This document shows, one piece after another, positions 14,456-33,006 of a DNA stretch of 64,000 nt (within the stretch, counting starts at the first letter, position 1; every line of letters begins with the position of its first letter). A program made the position numbers and the translations under genes. The stretch comes from the human T2T-CHM13v2.0 reference genome, Homo sapiens. The notes beneath the pieces are model-generated. The model did not search any database. It was not told where the DNA came from and saw only the letters and a program-made list of their open reading frames with translations. Location of the stretch: the NCBI RefSeq assembly GCF_009914755.1, contig NC_060939.1; one strand, 5' to 3'.

Positions 14456-16169
14456 CTTAAAAATCCTAATCAGCTGTTTTTTGCTTGAATCCCAATTATT
14501 TCTTTTTTTATCATTTGACTTTCAAAGATTTGGGAGTCCTTCTATTTCAAGGATATATCTTATTAAGTATACATATACAATGCTTCTCGGTCCATGTATC
14601 CCCAAACTTACATAAATATATATTTTATATTGTCTATTAACTGACAAGTTTATTAACTCCTGGAAGAAAAAAACTGCTGTCAACTAGAATTGGAGAGTTG
14701 ATGCTGTGAGAAGAAATGAAAGGTGATGCAACATTTAGGGAAAACAATTGAACTTCATTAACATGAGATTTATACTCAGAAACAAGCAAGGGTCACTAGG
14801 AAGAAGCAGTGTATAAGCAGGAATAATTTGTGTGGAAATGGTAGCATTGATTTAAAACGCAGTGGTTACTGGGAGGAATCAGAGCCTTATCTGGAGGAAG
14901 AAGGGAAGGAGGTGCCGTAAATAGGGCCCATACTTTTCTGGAGAAGGCTTGATAGGGAAGAACGCACTTTTCCTGGAAGACTGCCTAGGAATGCATCCAG
15001 GGTAACAGAACGTGACAATGGACATACAACTGTACACTGGCCTAATAATGTATTGGATCCTAAGATTAAGTGAAAATTGCCATAATCGTGAGTCAATAAC
15101 ACCTCCGAAGATTCTAGGAGGTTGTGAACATGGACTGGCCTAGAAAAATTTGTGAAGTAGAAGTGTCTTTCTTTGCCAGCATCACCATTCTTCTTCCTTT
15201 GTGACTGCCCATTCTCAGGGCCTTCATGCTGTCTGCTGGCTGTACAGAACCCTTATATCTCAGCCAACCAACTACACTTCCTTCCATTGAGCAGATGCTT
15301 TCATTTTTCAATTTTCATAGCAAACTTGCCCATCATCCAAAACTAGAAATTTTCCGTCTGTGTACCCCCAATTTTGATCAAAGTGTAGAATTTATTCTCA
15401 TAGACAAACTCTTCTCACACTGACTTCAGAGAGATGCAACATTGTGTTGCATAGTTTGTGAAAGGTAGAGAGAGCAAGGAAAAAGAAGTAAGCACCGCAC
15501 AATGAAGTCAAGCTGAGACCAGGGAAAGATAGAATGTTCATTGGATCACATGAAAACATTGTCTCTTGATGATAAAATAGAGCTTAGTCCAGAGATTAAA
15601 CAGTTTTTAGAAAACAGAGGCATGGTGCTAATGAATTTTTGTGATGATCGTAAGCACTTTTACAGAGAGTCAGTTTTACATTGTGGCGGTGATTGCATTA
15701 TGAACATTTAAAATTTTTTTAGGCTACCAATAATTCTAGCATTTGCAAGTTTATTGCAAGTAGCAGATGATTGAGGACCTCAGGAGTAGAAGTAAATTCT
15801 GTTAGGGTGGTGACCACGTCCAACATATTAAACAAAGGCACACAGGCAGCGCTAGATAGTTTTCTGTTGAATGAATGAATGAATGCTGTCCCTTCCCACG
15901 TTTTCTACTAGGGCCTATCTGATAAACATATTTGAGGTAACTTGTTAAGGCTGATAAAAGGTGATAATGTTTAACTAATAGTTGAACATTGAACAGAAAC
16001 TTGCAAAGCCTTATTCCAAAGAATCCTATTTAGATCGTGTGGAATTGCAGACAAAGGTACAAAATCTGCAGGGAAACAACCAGGAAATGGGATAATACAG
16101 AAATTCAACCCACTTCCTAAACAATGAAAATCAAGGACATGAGATTAGAAAGAAAAATATGCAGCAGAA

Positions 16170-16760
16170 CTAATTTATCAATTCCTTAAATACATATTAA
16201 TGCATACCAAGGGCAGACACTCTGACTTAATAGGAGGATATTGAGAATAAATATAAGTAAACAAGAAATTTTATAATATGTTAGAAGATAGTAAATGCTG
16301 TAAAAAATATTTAGAGTGAGGAAAAGGAGTTCAAGACAGCAGAAAAAAAAGTGAAAAACCCATTCATTCATTAATTCATTCATTTAGCCACTCAGCCAGC
16401 AATTCCTAGGCATCTCTGTCTTCAACACTTGGAATCTAAAGACAAATTAGACATGGCCCTGCTTAGTGTAGTTGACATACGTGAACAATAGAAAGAGGCA
16501 AGCTCTTGTTTTGTAAATGCTATAATAAAAAATGGGTGCTTTGGGGACTTCCAATAATGGCTAGCAATTCAGGGGAGGCTTTAGAGAACAGAAAACATTT
16601 GCATTGGATCTTAAGAACTTGTTATGATTTAATCAGTGAAGAGGAGAGAAAGGACATTTCAGGTAGCAGAAACAGCTAACGCAATAGTATGCAGTTATGA
16701 AAGAGGATAGCAATTCAAGGCGAGGTAAAAAGTTTGTTGTAGCTAAAGTATAATTACAAC
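16170..16760 (-). mobile_element. L2 fragments
   Basis: Antisense L2 3' ends (tttatcaattccttaaatacatatt; cattcattcattaattcattcattt) followed by L2-like body. Confidence 0.6.
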
Positions 16761-18407
16761 AAAAGGCAAACTAGGGATGTGTGTTGGGGACTGGTGGGGG
16801 TGAGAAAGTAGCTTTGCAGGAGATGAACCTGGAAAGAAGCCAATCTCTCCAGCACACATTAACAGTTTCTACATACACTGAATACATTTTTATGCTGCCC
16901 TGCATTTTGATCCTAAGAAACAGCGGGCTTAAAAGTGCTGTGGGACAAAGCAGTATACTTTTGTTTTTACCACGGGTATGCTTGACTTTAACTAGACCCA
17001 GACTGCAAAAATCCAAATTTACAAAACAGATAAAATAGAATGTGATTATTTGGTGAACAAAGGGATTCTTAACTCTATACAAAGATTTACGTTCTTTGTT
17101 CTCAAATCAAAACTAGTGCCTGAGCTTGCCAACTCCCTGGATGTGTCAGGATTCTCCCATAATGGAGCTATTCCTGACACACTTCTGACTCTTCAGTAGG
17201 ACTAATTTTTCTCCTGCTTTGTCTTTAAAGTTCTGTATATTCAGAACTTAAAACCGATTATGTATGAGACATGAATTTGTATTTCTACTGTGGTTTTGGT
17301 AAATACTGTGAGGTTAACTTCCACCCAGCACACCTCCCCTTCCTTATAAACAAATTGAAAGGCAGAAAGAAAAAGGAATCACTTATATAACTCTCATGGG
17401 GCTAGATCTGGGACTGGTGGAGAGGTGACACATGAAACTCACAAAGGAGATGTGTGCCCCTGAATCCACAGGGGGCAGGAATGGGGTCACTGGCACTGTG
17501 TGTGACAACTGACACCAAAGATTCCAGGTAACACATGGGGATTGGGGTACAGGCAACATGAGGATAGGAATGTCAGAATCTTGATCTTCCTGTTTGGAGG
17601 AAATGGGATAGTGAAAATCTCCTAAGGGGCATATGATGCCCCCAAATCTCATAAATGGCACAAGTATTTTGAAGATAAGCTTACCAAGGACATTAGAATA
17701 GTAGTATTTCCTGGGATGATAGCATTGTAAGTCCATGTCTTTATCAATTATTACTCTTTCCTATTTAAACTTTTAGTGAACCAGTGTTTTTTTTTTTTCT
17801 GTAAAAATAACACACAAAAAATGTGGGAAATGACCTTTTCCAGATACTCTTACTACCACACCTCTCACAACACTAGGCTTAATGACTGAGTTTGTCAAAG
17901 TTTAGTATTTGAGTTTAAAGATATTATCTTAAAATTAATATTCCAATATATTAATAAGTGTTCAAATACACAAATCATTTACCTTACTGGCCAAAACTCT
18001 ATGTTTTCCATAACATTAAAATGCACATATTTGAGTGTGTGTGTATTTTCAATATCTAAAGCTAACATACTTAATGGCAAAAGACTGAATGTTTGCCCCT
18101 TAATAATGGGAAAGGAGACAAAGATGTCTACTCTTAAAACTTCTAATGATATTGTACCACAGTTCTTAGCCAGTGCAGTAAAGCAAGAAAAAAAGGACAA
18201 AAGATCAAAGTAAGATGTTCTTTATCCATAAATTATATGAATGTCTACATAGAAAATCCTAAGTGGTATTTTTAAAAATCCTTCTAGCAAAGTAAGTAAA
18301 TTCAGCAAGACTGCAGAATACAAAGTTGATATTTAAAGTCAGTTGCATTCTTATATTTATACATATTAGCAACAAACAATTGGAAACTAAAACTTTAAAA
18401 AGACATT

Positions 18408-18688
<281 letters not shown>

Positions 18689-18965
18689 GCATTTGTAATA
18701 GCATCACAAATTTAAATATTTAGGAATAAATTTAATATAGCAAGAACAAGGCCTCTATATTTAAAACTAAACAGTATTGTTGGAAGACATTAAAAGAATA
18801 TATAAATATACAGAAAGATAAGCCATTTTCATGAATTGTAAGACTCAAAACTGTTAAAATGTTCATTCTCCCCAAATCGATCAATATATTCAATGAAATT
18901 TTAATCAAAATTCCAGCAAGCATTTTTCATCAAAATTGATGAGATCATTCTAAAATATATACAGG

Positions 18966-19147
18966 AAAATCAAAAGCAAGTTAGTTACTTCCAAGATACA
19001 ATGGGGGTACAGGCATTGGATAAATGCTCCCATTCCAAATGGGAGAAATTGGCCAAAACAAAAGGGCCAGAGGCCCCATCTAAGTTCAAAATCCAACAGG
19101 GTAGTTATTAAATGTTAAAGTTTCAAAATGATCTCCTTTGACTCCAT
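18966..19147 (-). mobile_element. Orphan THE1/MST internal fragment
   Basis: aaaatcaaaagcaagttagttacttcc...aaaatgatctcctttgactccat matches MaLR-int. No LTR attached. Confidence 0.85.
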
Positions 19148-19664
19148 TTGTACAATTTGTAAAGGATCTAGAATAGTCAAAACCATTTTGAAATAGAAGA
19201 AAGCTGGAAGATGGACACTACCTGATTTCTAGACTTACTATAAAACTACAATAATCATGATAGCATTATATTGAAATAAAGGTAAACCAACAGATCAATG
19301 CAAGAGTGTAGGGATTCTATAAGTAGACCCATAAATATGGTCAAATAATTTTTGACAAAAGAATCAACTCAATTCAATGATGGAAAAAGGCTTTTCAACA
19401 AATATGCTAAAACAATTGGATATCTTTATTGAAATAAATGAACCTCAACCCAACATCACTTTGCACACAAAATTTAATTGGAAATGAACCATAAACCAAA
19501 ATAGAACAGCTAAAACACTAGACTTTTAGCAAAAAGAGAAAAGGGAAAAACTTCATGACTCCAGATTAGCCAAATATTTATTAGATAAGATGTAAAAAAA
19601 AAAAACCATCTATTGATGAAAAAGGGATAACAATTTTCTCCAAAGTTAATACCTACTTATCTTC

Positions 19665-19828
19665 TGTATTAGTCCATTTTCATGGTGCTATAAAGACATA
19701 CCTGAGATTGGATAATTCATAAAGAAAAGAGGTTTAATTGACTCACAGTTCCACATGGCTGGGGAGGTGTCAGGAAACTTACAATCATGGTGAAAGGGGA
19801 AGAGGCATGTCTTACATGGCGGCAGGCC
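19665..19828 (-). mobile_element. THE1 (THE1D-like) partial LTR
   Basis: Starts tgtattagtcc (reverse complement of the LTR 3' end) and stops abruptly after about 165 bp. Confidence 0.9.
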
Positions 19829-20170
19829 ATCTTGAATTGTAGTTCCTATAATCTTCAAATGTCATAGGAAGGACCCGATGGGAGGTGATTTAATCATAGG
19901 GGCAGTTACCCTTATGCTGTTCCTGTGATAGCGAGCGAGTTCTCACAAGAGCTGATGGTTTTATAAGGGGCTTTCCCCTCTTTTGCTTGGCACTTCTCCT
20001 TGCTGCCACCATATGAAGAAGGATGTGTTTACTTCTCCTTCTGCCATGATTGTAAGTTTCCTGAGGCCTTCCCAGGCATGCTGAACTGTGAATCAATTAA
20101 ACCTCTTTCCTTTATAAATTGCCCAGTCTTGGATATGTCTTTATTAGTAGCATGAGAATGAACTAATACA
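19829..20170 (+). mobile_element. THE1 (THE1C-like) LTR lacking its first ~30 bp
   Basis: catcttgaattgtagttcc...aattaaacctctttcctttataaatt...aactaataca. Confidence 0.92.
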
Positions 20171-20373
20171 GATGAGAATAATAGACAGCAGAGATTATTT
20201 GATAAGGGAAGTTAGAAGGAGGATGAGCATGGACAAACTACCTATAGGGTACTATGCTCATTACCTGGGAGATGAAATCATTTTTATACAAAACCCCAGC
20301 AACGTGCAATCTGCCCATGTAATAAACCTGCACAGGTCCTCCCTGAACCTGAAATAAAAGTTGGGGTAAAAAA
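20171..20373 (+). mobile_element. L1PA15/16-like 3' end
   Basis: aaactacctatagggtactatgctcattacctggg...aacctgcaca...aacctgaaataaaagtt plus a short A tail. Confidence 0.85.
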
Positions 20374-21689
20374 TCTACTTACTTGGAAAAAGCAATGAAA
20401 AGTACTTTTTTTTTAAAAAAAAAAGCAATTAGAGTAGACATTGAATTAAGCAAGGAAGACTTCCTGGAAGAGCTAATCTTTGTAAAACAAACTCATGGTC
20501 TAGGGTAGAGAGCTTACCATGGGCCAGACATTGTGCCAGCATTTAATGGTAGACTCAAGACAAGTGCTGGTAAGTTATTCTCTGTGAAAACACCCGTGCT
20601 AGAGCTCCTGCCACACACAGTCTTCTGATGGCTCATCATGGTCCTCCATCCCATTGTGAGCTCCTTGGAGTCAGGGGCTATATCTTGTTCCTTTCTGTAT
20701 CTTAAGCACAAGACTTGGCACTTGGTAGGTATAAACTGAAGTCTGTGACAATTAACAGAACACTTAAAAACAAATGAAAGATTAAGGTTTATTGGGGAAA
20801 AAGAAGGTTGAACAATTGTTTAGAAAGAAAGCTTATTGGTGCTGGCAGTGTCTTAAAGTTGGTGAGTTCTGATAGATGAATGTTAGTAGTTGTGAAGCAG
20901 CATTTATAATCTTGGAGTTATGGTTAGGAATTTTTAGTTTTGGATTGGGTTCATGAGAGAGTTTTTGAAAGAGGCAAGTGTTTTTGTAAAACATCTAGCT
21001 AGATTGTTTTGTGTTGTTAGTACTTTCACATCATCATAATCTGAGCCCTTGGTTTTTCATCATAATTATATTTGGTGGTAACAATTCAGTGATAAGACAT
21101 CAGCAGAATCCAGTGGAGTGGAGGCAGAGAAGCCCCACAAATAAAGGTAATAAAGTTTTAATGTTCATTCTGCTGCTGTACATACCCACCCCATTACAGT
21201 GTTACCATTTAGTTTTATGGCATCACAATCATATAAATGCTTACTGCAGTGATTCATGGTTTTTGTTCAATCCTGAAAATTTCCCAGTGCTATCCATTGA
21301 AGAGCAGACTGATTCCATACCAAACCCAACAGAACTGGATTGGGAAATTTACATGGACTTACCCAAATAGACTGACAAAAAATGCAATCTCTTCATTGGA
21401 TAAAGAAAAATATGCATATAATTATTATATTACTTTATTTGAACATTAAATTTAATTAGAACATAATTATTGGATTACTATTTTATTATACAGGTAAGTG
21501 ATGTCTATTAAATCAAGCCTCTTAAATGCCATTCATGCTTGCATAATACTAAGTTCTTGCTAGTCTTAACAGAAAAAAAAATGCTATAAATAGACACATT
21601 TCAAATTATGCCAAAAACCACCCTCAAATTTATAAACCACATCATTACAAGTGAATCAACTGTATTTCTGTTGATGTTTCAAGCCTAAA

Positions 21690-23400
21690 CTTACTTTTTC
21701 TGATTATGAAAGTAATATGTGCTCATAAAAAAGGGTATACAAAGTATAAAAGAGAAAAATTTTCACTTAATTAAATGATTCAAAAGAAATCATTTTTTAA
21801 ATTTTCAATGCTACTTTCCATCATTTTTTTCAATAACTTTTTGGTGATACATTTGAGATCATGTGGTAGATAAATTTATTTATGCTACCTTTTCTATTTG
21901 CCAATATATAAGTAATATATTTTAATACCTATTTTATTCTAATTTTAGAATTATCTTTGTGAAACTTTTTAAACAATACAGAAAATTATAAAGACAAAAA
22001 TAAAAATCTATATATTCCCACAGCCAAAAGATGAGTTTTATTGTACTTGTTGTATTTCTATTTTTTTCTGTGCTTTTTATAGCTATTTCATGTATGTATG
22101 AAGTTTTACACCCTGAACTAATTTAATTTTGTAACTATAGTGTAAGAAAATACATATTTTATCACATCCCTTACCAGGACTGGGCATTATAATTTTTAAA
22201 GCCCCTATCAATTTTATCAGTGATACATGGCTGCTGTGTGATATTTCCATTTTTGTGTTTTCAGTGAGGTTAGTCATATTTTCAAATGTTTTTTGGTATT
22301 TTCCCGTGGGGTTTTATGACTTTTCTTAATAATTTATAACATTTACTTAGAAATTAAGGATGTTAACCTTTGTCATATTAGGTGTAAATTTTTTTCCCAC
22401 TTTGCCTTTTAATATGCCCTGTCTTTATTTATAGGTTTTAAAATGCTTTAAATGATTAGACAATTCAGTAGGTCTTCTGCTCTGTAATTTCATCTGTTGC
22501 TTTCACATTTAGAAAGCCCTTACATATCCAGCCCTTTGTTGATATTCACTTATATGTCCTCCTAATTTGTTATACAATTAAACATTTTAAAATCTCACTA
22601 AGTCTCTTTTACATAGCATTTTGATACTCCATAACATATGTTAAGATTTACATGTATTAGCATCTATTTTGATGCTATCTGTTCTACTCCATTTATCTAA
22701 TTTCCAGTTCTGATACACAGAAAATACTTTAATTATTGTGATTCTATAAGACCCTAAAATATGTATTAGAGTAAATACTTTATTGTTAATGTTCATAGCT
22801 ACACTTATCTGTTCACTTTTGTCAATGACTTACAGAATTATTATTTTTTCTGTTGCCAAAAAATCCACTTGGGTTTATTGAAATTGTTTTAAAGTATAAA
22901 TTAATTTGAAATGGCTGAAACATCTTTACAATATGGAAGAATGTGGTTTGGGTTGCATTACATGCAACCATGTAATCTAAACATGATTGTATTGAAAGCC
23001 ATTATATCATTCCAAATTTTAAGCCATCCTTGCATTCCTGGGGAGGAGTCCTGTGTAATTTGGGTTAAGTGTGCTACTAAATATGTGTTCTTCATATGTT
23101 ATTTTTAAGCTTTGAATCTTTATTATCACTGGGATTGCTGTATATTTGTGTTCTCTTGGACTTTTTGTGTTTCACTCTGAAGGTAGCTTAACAAAATAGT
23201 TTGGTTTGTTTTTCAGGTATTTTTTAAGCTCTGAAATATTTCATATATAACACTATGATTATCTGTTTTTTGCAAACTCAGAAAAAGCTTACTTGTAAAA
23301 CTTTCTTGACCAGATATTTTATAGCTACATATATAATAAACATTTCAATTTGTTCTACTCTGATTTATATTTTTGCACAAAATTAGGATTACCTTATATA
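21690..23400 (-). mobile_element. Highly degraded L1ME, host of the young L1
   Basis: T-rich antisense L1-like sequence (e.g. agccatccttgcattcctggg). Similar sequence resumes after 29490. Confidence 0.5.
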
Positions 23401-23451
23401 TTTTTATTCAGCTATGCACGAATTTTTTTTATGTAAAGTAAAATATCTTCT

Positions 23452-24358
23452 GGGGGAGGAGCCAAGATGGCCGAATAGGAACAGCTCTGGTCTACAGCTC
23501 CCAGCCTGAGCGACGAAGAAGACAGGTGATTTCTGCAATTCCATCTGAGGTACCGGGTTCATCTCACTAGGGAGTGCCAGACAGTGGGCGCAGGTCAGTG
23601 GGTGCACGCACCGTGCACGAGCCGAAGCAGGGCGAGGCATTACCTCACCTGGGAAGCGCAAGGGGTCAGGAAGTTCCCTTTCTGAGTCAAAGAAAGGGGT
23701 GACGGATGGCACCTGGAAAATCGGGTCACTCCCACCCAAATACTGCGCTTTTCCGACGGGCTTAAAAAACGGCGCACCAGAGATTATATCCCGCACCTGG
23801 CTCGGAGGGTCCTACGCCCATGGAGTCTCGCTGATTGCTAGCACAGCAGTCTGAGATCAAACTGCAAGGCGGCAGCGAGGTTGGGGGAGGGGCGCCCGCC
23901 ATTGCCCAGGCTTGATTGGGTAAACAAAGCAGCCGGGAAGCTCCAACTGGGTGGAGCCCACCACAGATCAAGGAGGCCTGCCTGCCTCTGTAGGCTCCAC
24001 CTCTGGGGGCAGGACACAGACAAACAAAAAGACAGCAGTAACCTCTGCAGACTTAAATGTCCCTGTCTGACAGCTTTGAAGAGAGCAGTTGTTCTCCCAG
24101 CACGCAGCTGGAGATCTGAGAACAGGCAGACTCCCTCCTCTAGTGGGTCCCTGACCCCTGACCCCCGAGCAGCCTAACTGGGAGGCACCCCCCAGCAGAG
24201 GCACACTGACACCTCACACGGCAGGGTACTCCAACAGACCTGCAGCTGAGGGTCCTCTCTGTTAGAAGGAAAACTAACAAACAGAAAGGACATCCACACC
24301 AAAAACCCATCTGTACATCACCATCATCAAAGACCAAAAGTAGATAAAAACCACAAAG
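23452..24358 (+). promoter_or_regulatory. L1 5' UTR internal sense promoter and antisense promoter
   Basis: Intact YY1 site CAAGATGGCC near the 5' end, CpG-rich. Antisense splice donors CAG|GTGCGG (~23797) and CAG|GTGCCA (~23712) are present. Confidence 0.8.
23762..23902 (-). pseudogene. L1 ORF0, frameshifted and truncated to 46 aa
   Basis: MAGAPPPTSLPPCSLISDCCASNQRDSMGVGPSEPGAGYNL matches ORF0, then shifts to WCAVF* through a 1-bp deletion near 23780. Confidence 0.8.
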
Positions 24359-25374
24359 ATGGGGAAAAAACAGAATAGAAAAACTGGAAACTCCAAAAAG
24401 CAGAGCGCCTCTCCTCCTCCAAAGGAATGCAGTTCCTCACCAGCAACGGAACAAAGCTGGTGGAGAATGACTTTGACGAGCTGAGAGAAGAAGGCTTCAG
24501 ACGATCAAATTACTCTGAGCTACGGGAGGACATTCAAACCAAAGGCAAAGAAGTTGAAAACTTTGAAAAAAATTTAGAAGAATGTATAACTAGAATAACC
24601 AATACAGAGAAGTGCTTAAAGGAGCTGATGGAGCTGAAAACCAAGGCTCGAGAACTACGTGAAGAATGCAGAAGCCTCAGGAGCCGATGCGATCAACTGG
24701 AAGAAAGGGTATCAGCGATGGAAGATGAAATGAATGAAATGAAGCGAGAAGGGAAGTCTAGAGAAAAAAGAATAAAAAGAAATTAGCAAAGCCTCCAAGA
24801 AATATGGGACTATGTGAAAAGACCAAATCTACGTCTGATTGGTGTACCTGAAAGTGATGGGGAGAATGGAACCAAGTTGGAAAACACTCTGCAGGATATT
24901 ATCCAGGAGAAATTCCCCAATCTAGCAAGGCAGGCCAACGTTCAGATTCAGGAAATACAGAGAACGCCACAAAGATACTCCTCGAGAAGAGCAACTCCAA
25001 GACACATAATTGTCAGATTCACCACAGTTGAAATGAAGGAAAAAATGTTAAGGGCAGCCAGAGAGAAAGGTCTGGTTACCCTCAAAGGGAAGCCCATCAG
25101 ACTAACAGCGGATCTCTCGGCAGAAACCCTACAAGCCAGAAGAGAGTGGGGGCCAATATTCAACATTCTTAAAGAAAAGAATTTTCAACCCAGAATTTCA
25201 TATCCAGCCAAACTAAGCTTCATAAGTGAAGGAGAAATAAAATACTTTACAGACAAGCAAATGCTGAGAGATTTTGTCACCACCAGGCCTGCCTTACAAG
25301 AGCTCCTGAAGGAAGCACTAAACATGGAAAGGAACAACCGGTACCAGCCGCTGCAAAACCATGCCAAAATGTAA
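24359..25374 (+). pseudogene. L1 ORF1p, disrupted
   Basis: ATG at 24359. Span is 1016 nt versus 1017 for intact ORF1 (1-bp deletion near 24460, ctggtggag vs ctggatggag). Premature TAG at 24784-24786. Ends ...QNHAKM*. Confidence 0.95.
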
Positions 25375-25422
25375 AGACCATCAAGACTAGGAAGAAACTG
25401 CATCAACTAACGAGCAAAATAA

Positions 25423-29265
<3,843 letters not shown>

Positions 29266-29669
29266 ACAATGAGATCACATGGACATAGGAAGGGGGATAT
29301 CACACTCTGGGGACTGTTGTGCGGTGGTGGGAGGGGGGAGGGATAGCATCGGGAGATATACCTAATGCTAAATGACGATTTAATGGGTGCAGCACACCAG
29401 CATGGCACATGTATACATATGTAACTAACCTGCACAATGTACACATGTACCCTAAAACTTAAAAGTATAATAAAAAAAATATATCTTCCATACAGGTTTT
29501 TATATTTACTTTATTTTTATAAATTGATTTTTTAAAATAATTATGTTTCCCAGAGGTGTCCATGAAAAAAATTCTTACAAATCTCTATCTATTCACTCTA
29601 TTTTTTTTTTTCAGTTTGCACACAATTCACTCCTTTTTCCTGCTTGGGTTGCCTTCTTTAAATATCTCT

Positions 29670-29990
29670 GACTTCTTTTAAAAAGGACAGTTTTAAGTTC
29701 ACAGCAGAATTGAGAGGAAAGTCCAGTGATATCCTCTATGTCCCGTTCCCCCACAAATGCATGCCTTTCCCATTATTAACATCCCTCCCCAGAGGGTATA
29801 TTCATATAGTTGATGAACACTGACACATCGTAATCCTCTAAAATCCATAGTTTATCTTAGGTTTCACTCTTGACATTGTACATTCTATAGGTGTAGACAA
29901 ACGTATCCATCATTATAGTATTATACAGAATATTTTAACTGCCCTAAGAACCCTCTTTATTCTACCTATTCACCCTTTCCCCTTCCTTGT
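29670..29990 (-). mobile_element. L1MC/L1MD 3' fragment
   Basis: cagttttaagttcacagcagaattgagaggaaagt...ccatagtttatcttaggtttcactcttgacattgtacattctat. Confidence 0.8.
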
Positions 29991-31814
29991 TGTTTTTGTG
30001 TCAAATTATTTCTAACATTGTGTTGCTATGTTTTGTGTGTGTGAAAATGTATTACTGTTATCTTTCCATTATAGATTTTATCAACAGAATTGCCCACTCA
30101 GCCATTTAATGTTTTCCCCCCTTGAGTTCCTTTTTGATATTATTGTGACCTCTGTTTACACATCTTTCTTTCTTTCTTTTTTGCTAATAGGAATTTTAAC
30201 TCACACATAAATGTCACAGTCAATATATTTAACCTTAATTCTATATTTTTGTTAACATTTTATTTTTTTGTTTCCCAGCTACTTTGGATTTCTGTATTTT
30301 GCCTTGTAGGCTTTGTTTTATTTGCTTTGTTTTTATTCTATCCTTGTCAACTAGAAATTTTATTTTTTGTTTTACTGTAAGTTGTCCTTAAATTTGTCAA
30401 ATATTTAAACATATATCTTATTTTTTAAGGTAATTGCTTAGAAATGTGCATTTAATTAAAATGAAGTTATTTAATCTGAAACAAAAATTCTGCTGTACAT
30501 AGTTCAGATAGGGCAAAGTACAATGTATGGATGACACATTTCAGTAAAAAAAAAAACTGGAAAATGTAACAAATTATTATGAAAATAGGTATTTGGTCTG
30601 TAAATAAAATATTTGTTATCACTGTCACTTTATTAGTATTCTTAGAAGGAACAAATAATCAAAATTATAATTTTCTTGCAATAATTTCCCAACAAAACGT
30701 TATATATTCTCTTTAGGATCATGCTGCAAAGGCACCAGCTTTATTTCAACTCACACATTCAAAATATATTTTATGATTTCTTATTACATGTTAGGCAGCC
30801 ATGAAAAAAATCAGACATTGTTCCTGTCATCATGGAACATACAGCCAAGTTGGAGAAACAGATAATAAACAAGTAGATAAGGAATGCACACATGCATGCA
30901 CCCACATCCCTCCTGACTTTTGATCACTTTTCGGATGTATTTTAATGAGGCAGGAGGAGATATAGCCACAGCAAGTAAGCCCATATATTAACATGGAAGT
31001 TCTGATATAAATTTTGTCTTCAGTGATGCTTAATTTACAATGCTTAACTTCCAACCAGTTAAGATTCTTAATATATTCACTTCAAATTTCCCTGACCTAG
31101 AATTTCTGCTAATACTTTAATACTTTGTATTTTACAAAGAATGAGACAACTTAAAGGGACCTTAGAGCTTATTTAGCCCCAGGGTGGTAAATACAAGCAT
31201 CAGTGTCATATTCCCACCTCCTGTGCGCACTGCAGACATTGTCAATCAATCTCAATAGCTATTTATTTTAAAGCTGGAAATAGCTCCAGAAATCATTCTC
31301 ATTCTCATGGCAGCATTTTGGTTTGCAGTAATCACCTGAAGTTTTTTAATATGAGAGGTCTGTTGGAAAAAAATTGTGTCTCAGAATGAGGAAAATTATT
31401 GCCAACTAAAACTTTAAAACCTACAATTCTTAGTAGATCCATATTTTAAAAAATTCCTCTGAATAATAATAAGTTGGGATTTTGAAATAGGAGTTAAATT
31501 TAAAGGGAAGAAAATAAAAATTTATTCTGTCATACTGCTCATTCCTAGCCCAATTCCTTGCCCAACTCTGACAAGTTTTAGGACTATTCGGAGATCTCAA
31601 ACTAGACCTGTGGCATTAAGCATACGTTTCCTACGTATATTAGCTCAGAATAATATTTTCTTTCGGTGCAGACTCTTCCTCTATTTTTTTTAATACAACT
31701 CACTATTCACTTCTCATTAGACATGACGCTCTCTTGTAACTACATAACAATGCAAAAGCTGAACATCAATGTAGTCATTGAAGAATTATTTAAGATGTTG
31801 CACAATTGACAGCT

Positions 31815-32481
<667 letters not shown>

Positions 32482-32684
32482 AGAAAAAAACTCTTAAATT
32501 ACGAGTGGGCCTCATGTATTTGAGGGACAGCAAGGATGCCACTGTGGCTTGGGCAGGGAGCACAAGAAAGAATACCAACAGGACACGACAGAGAAGGGGA
32601 AGGGCTATAATTTAGTGCATGTCGCTTTGCACAGGCAACCAAAATTTTATACAACAGTTAAATAAATATTAAATGTTAATGTAA

Positions 32685-33006
<322 letters not shown>

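Noticed and set aside
17462-17480. Second CTCF motif (TCCACAGGGGGCAG)
   Set aside because: Three mismatches in the 5' part of the core; too weak to call without ChIP data.
21350-21500. CAG|GTAAGT recursive-splice-like motif at 21491-21499 and a 9-nt minus-strand microexon-like motif at 21363-21371
   Set aside because: No supportable host transcript spans this upstream region, and such motifs occur by chance in 64 kb.
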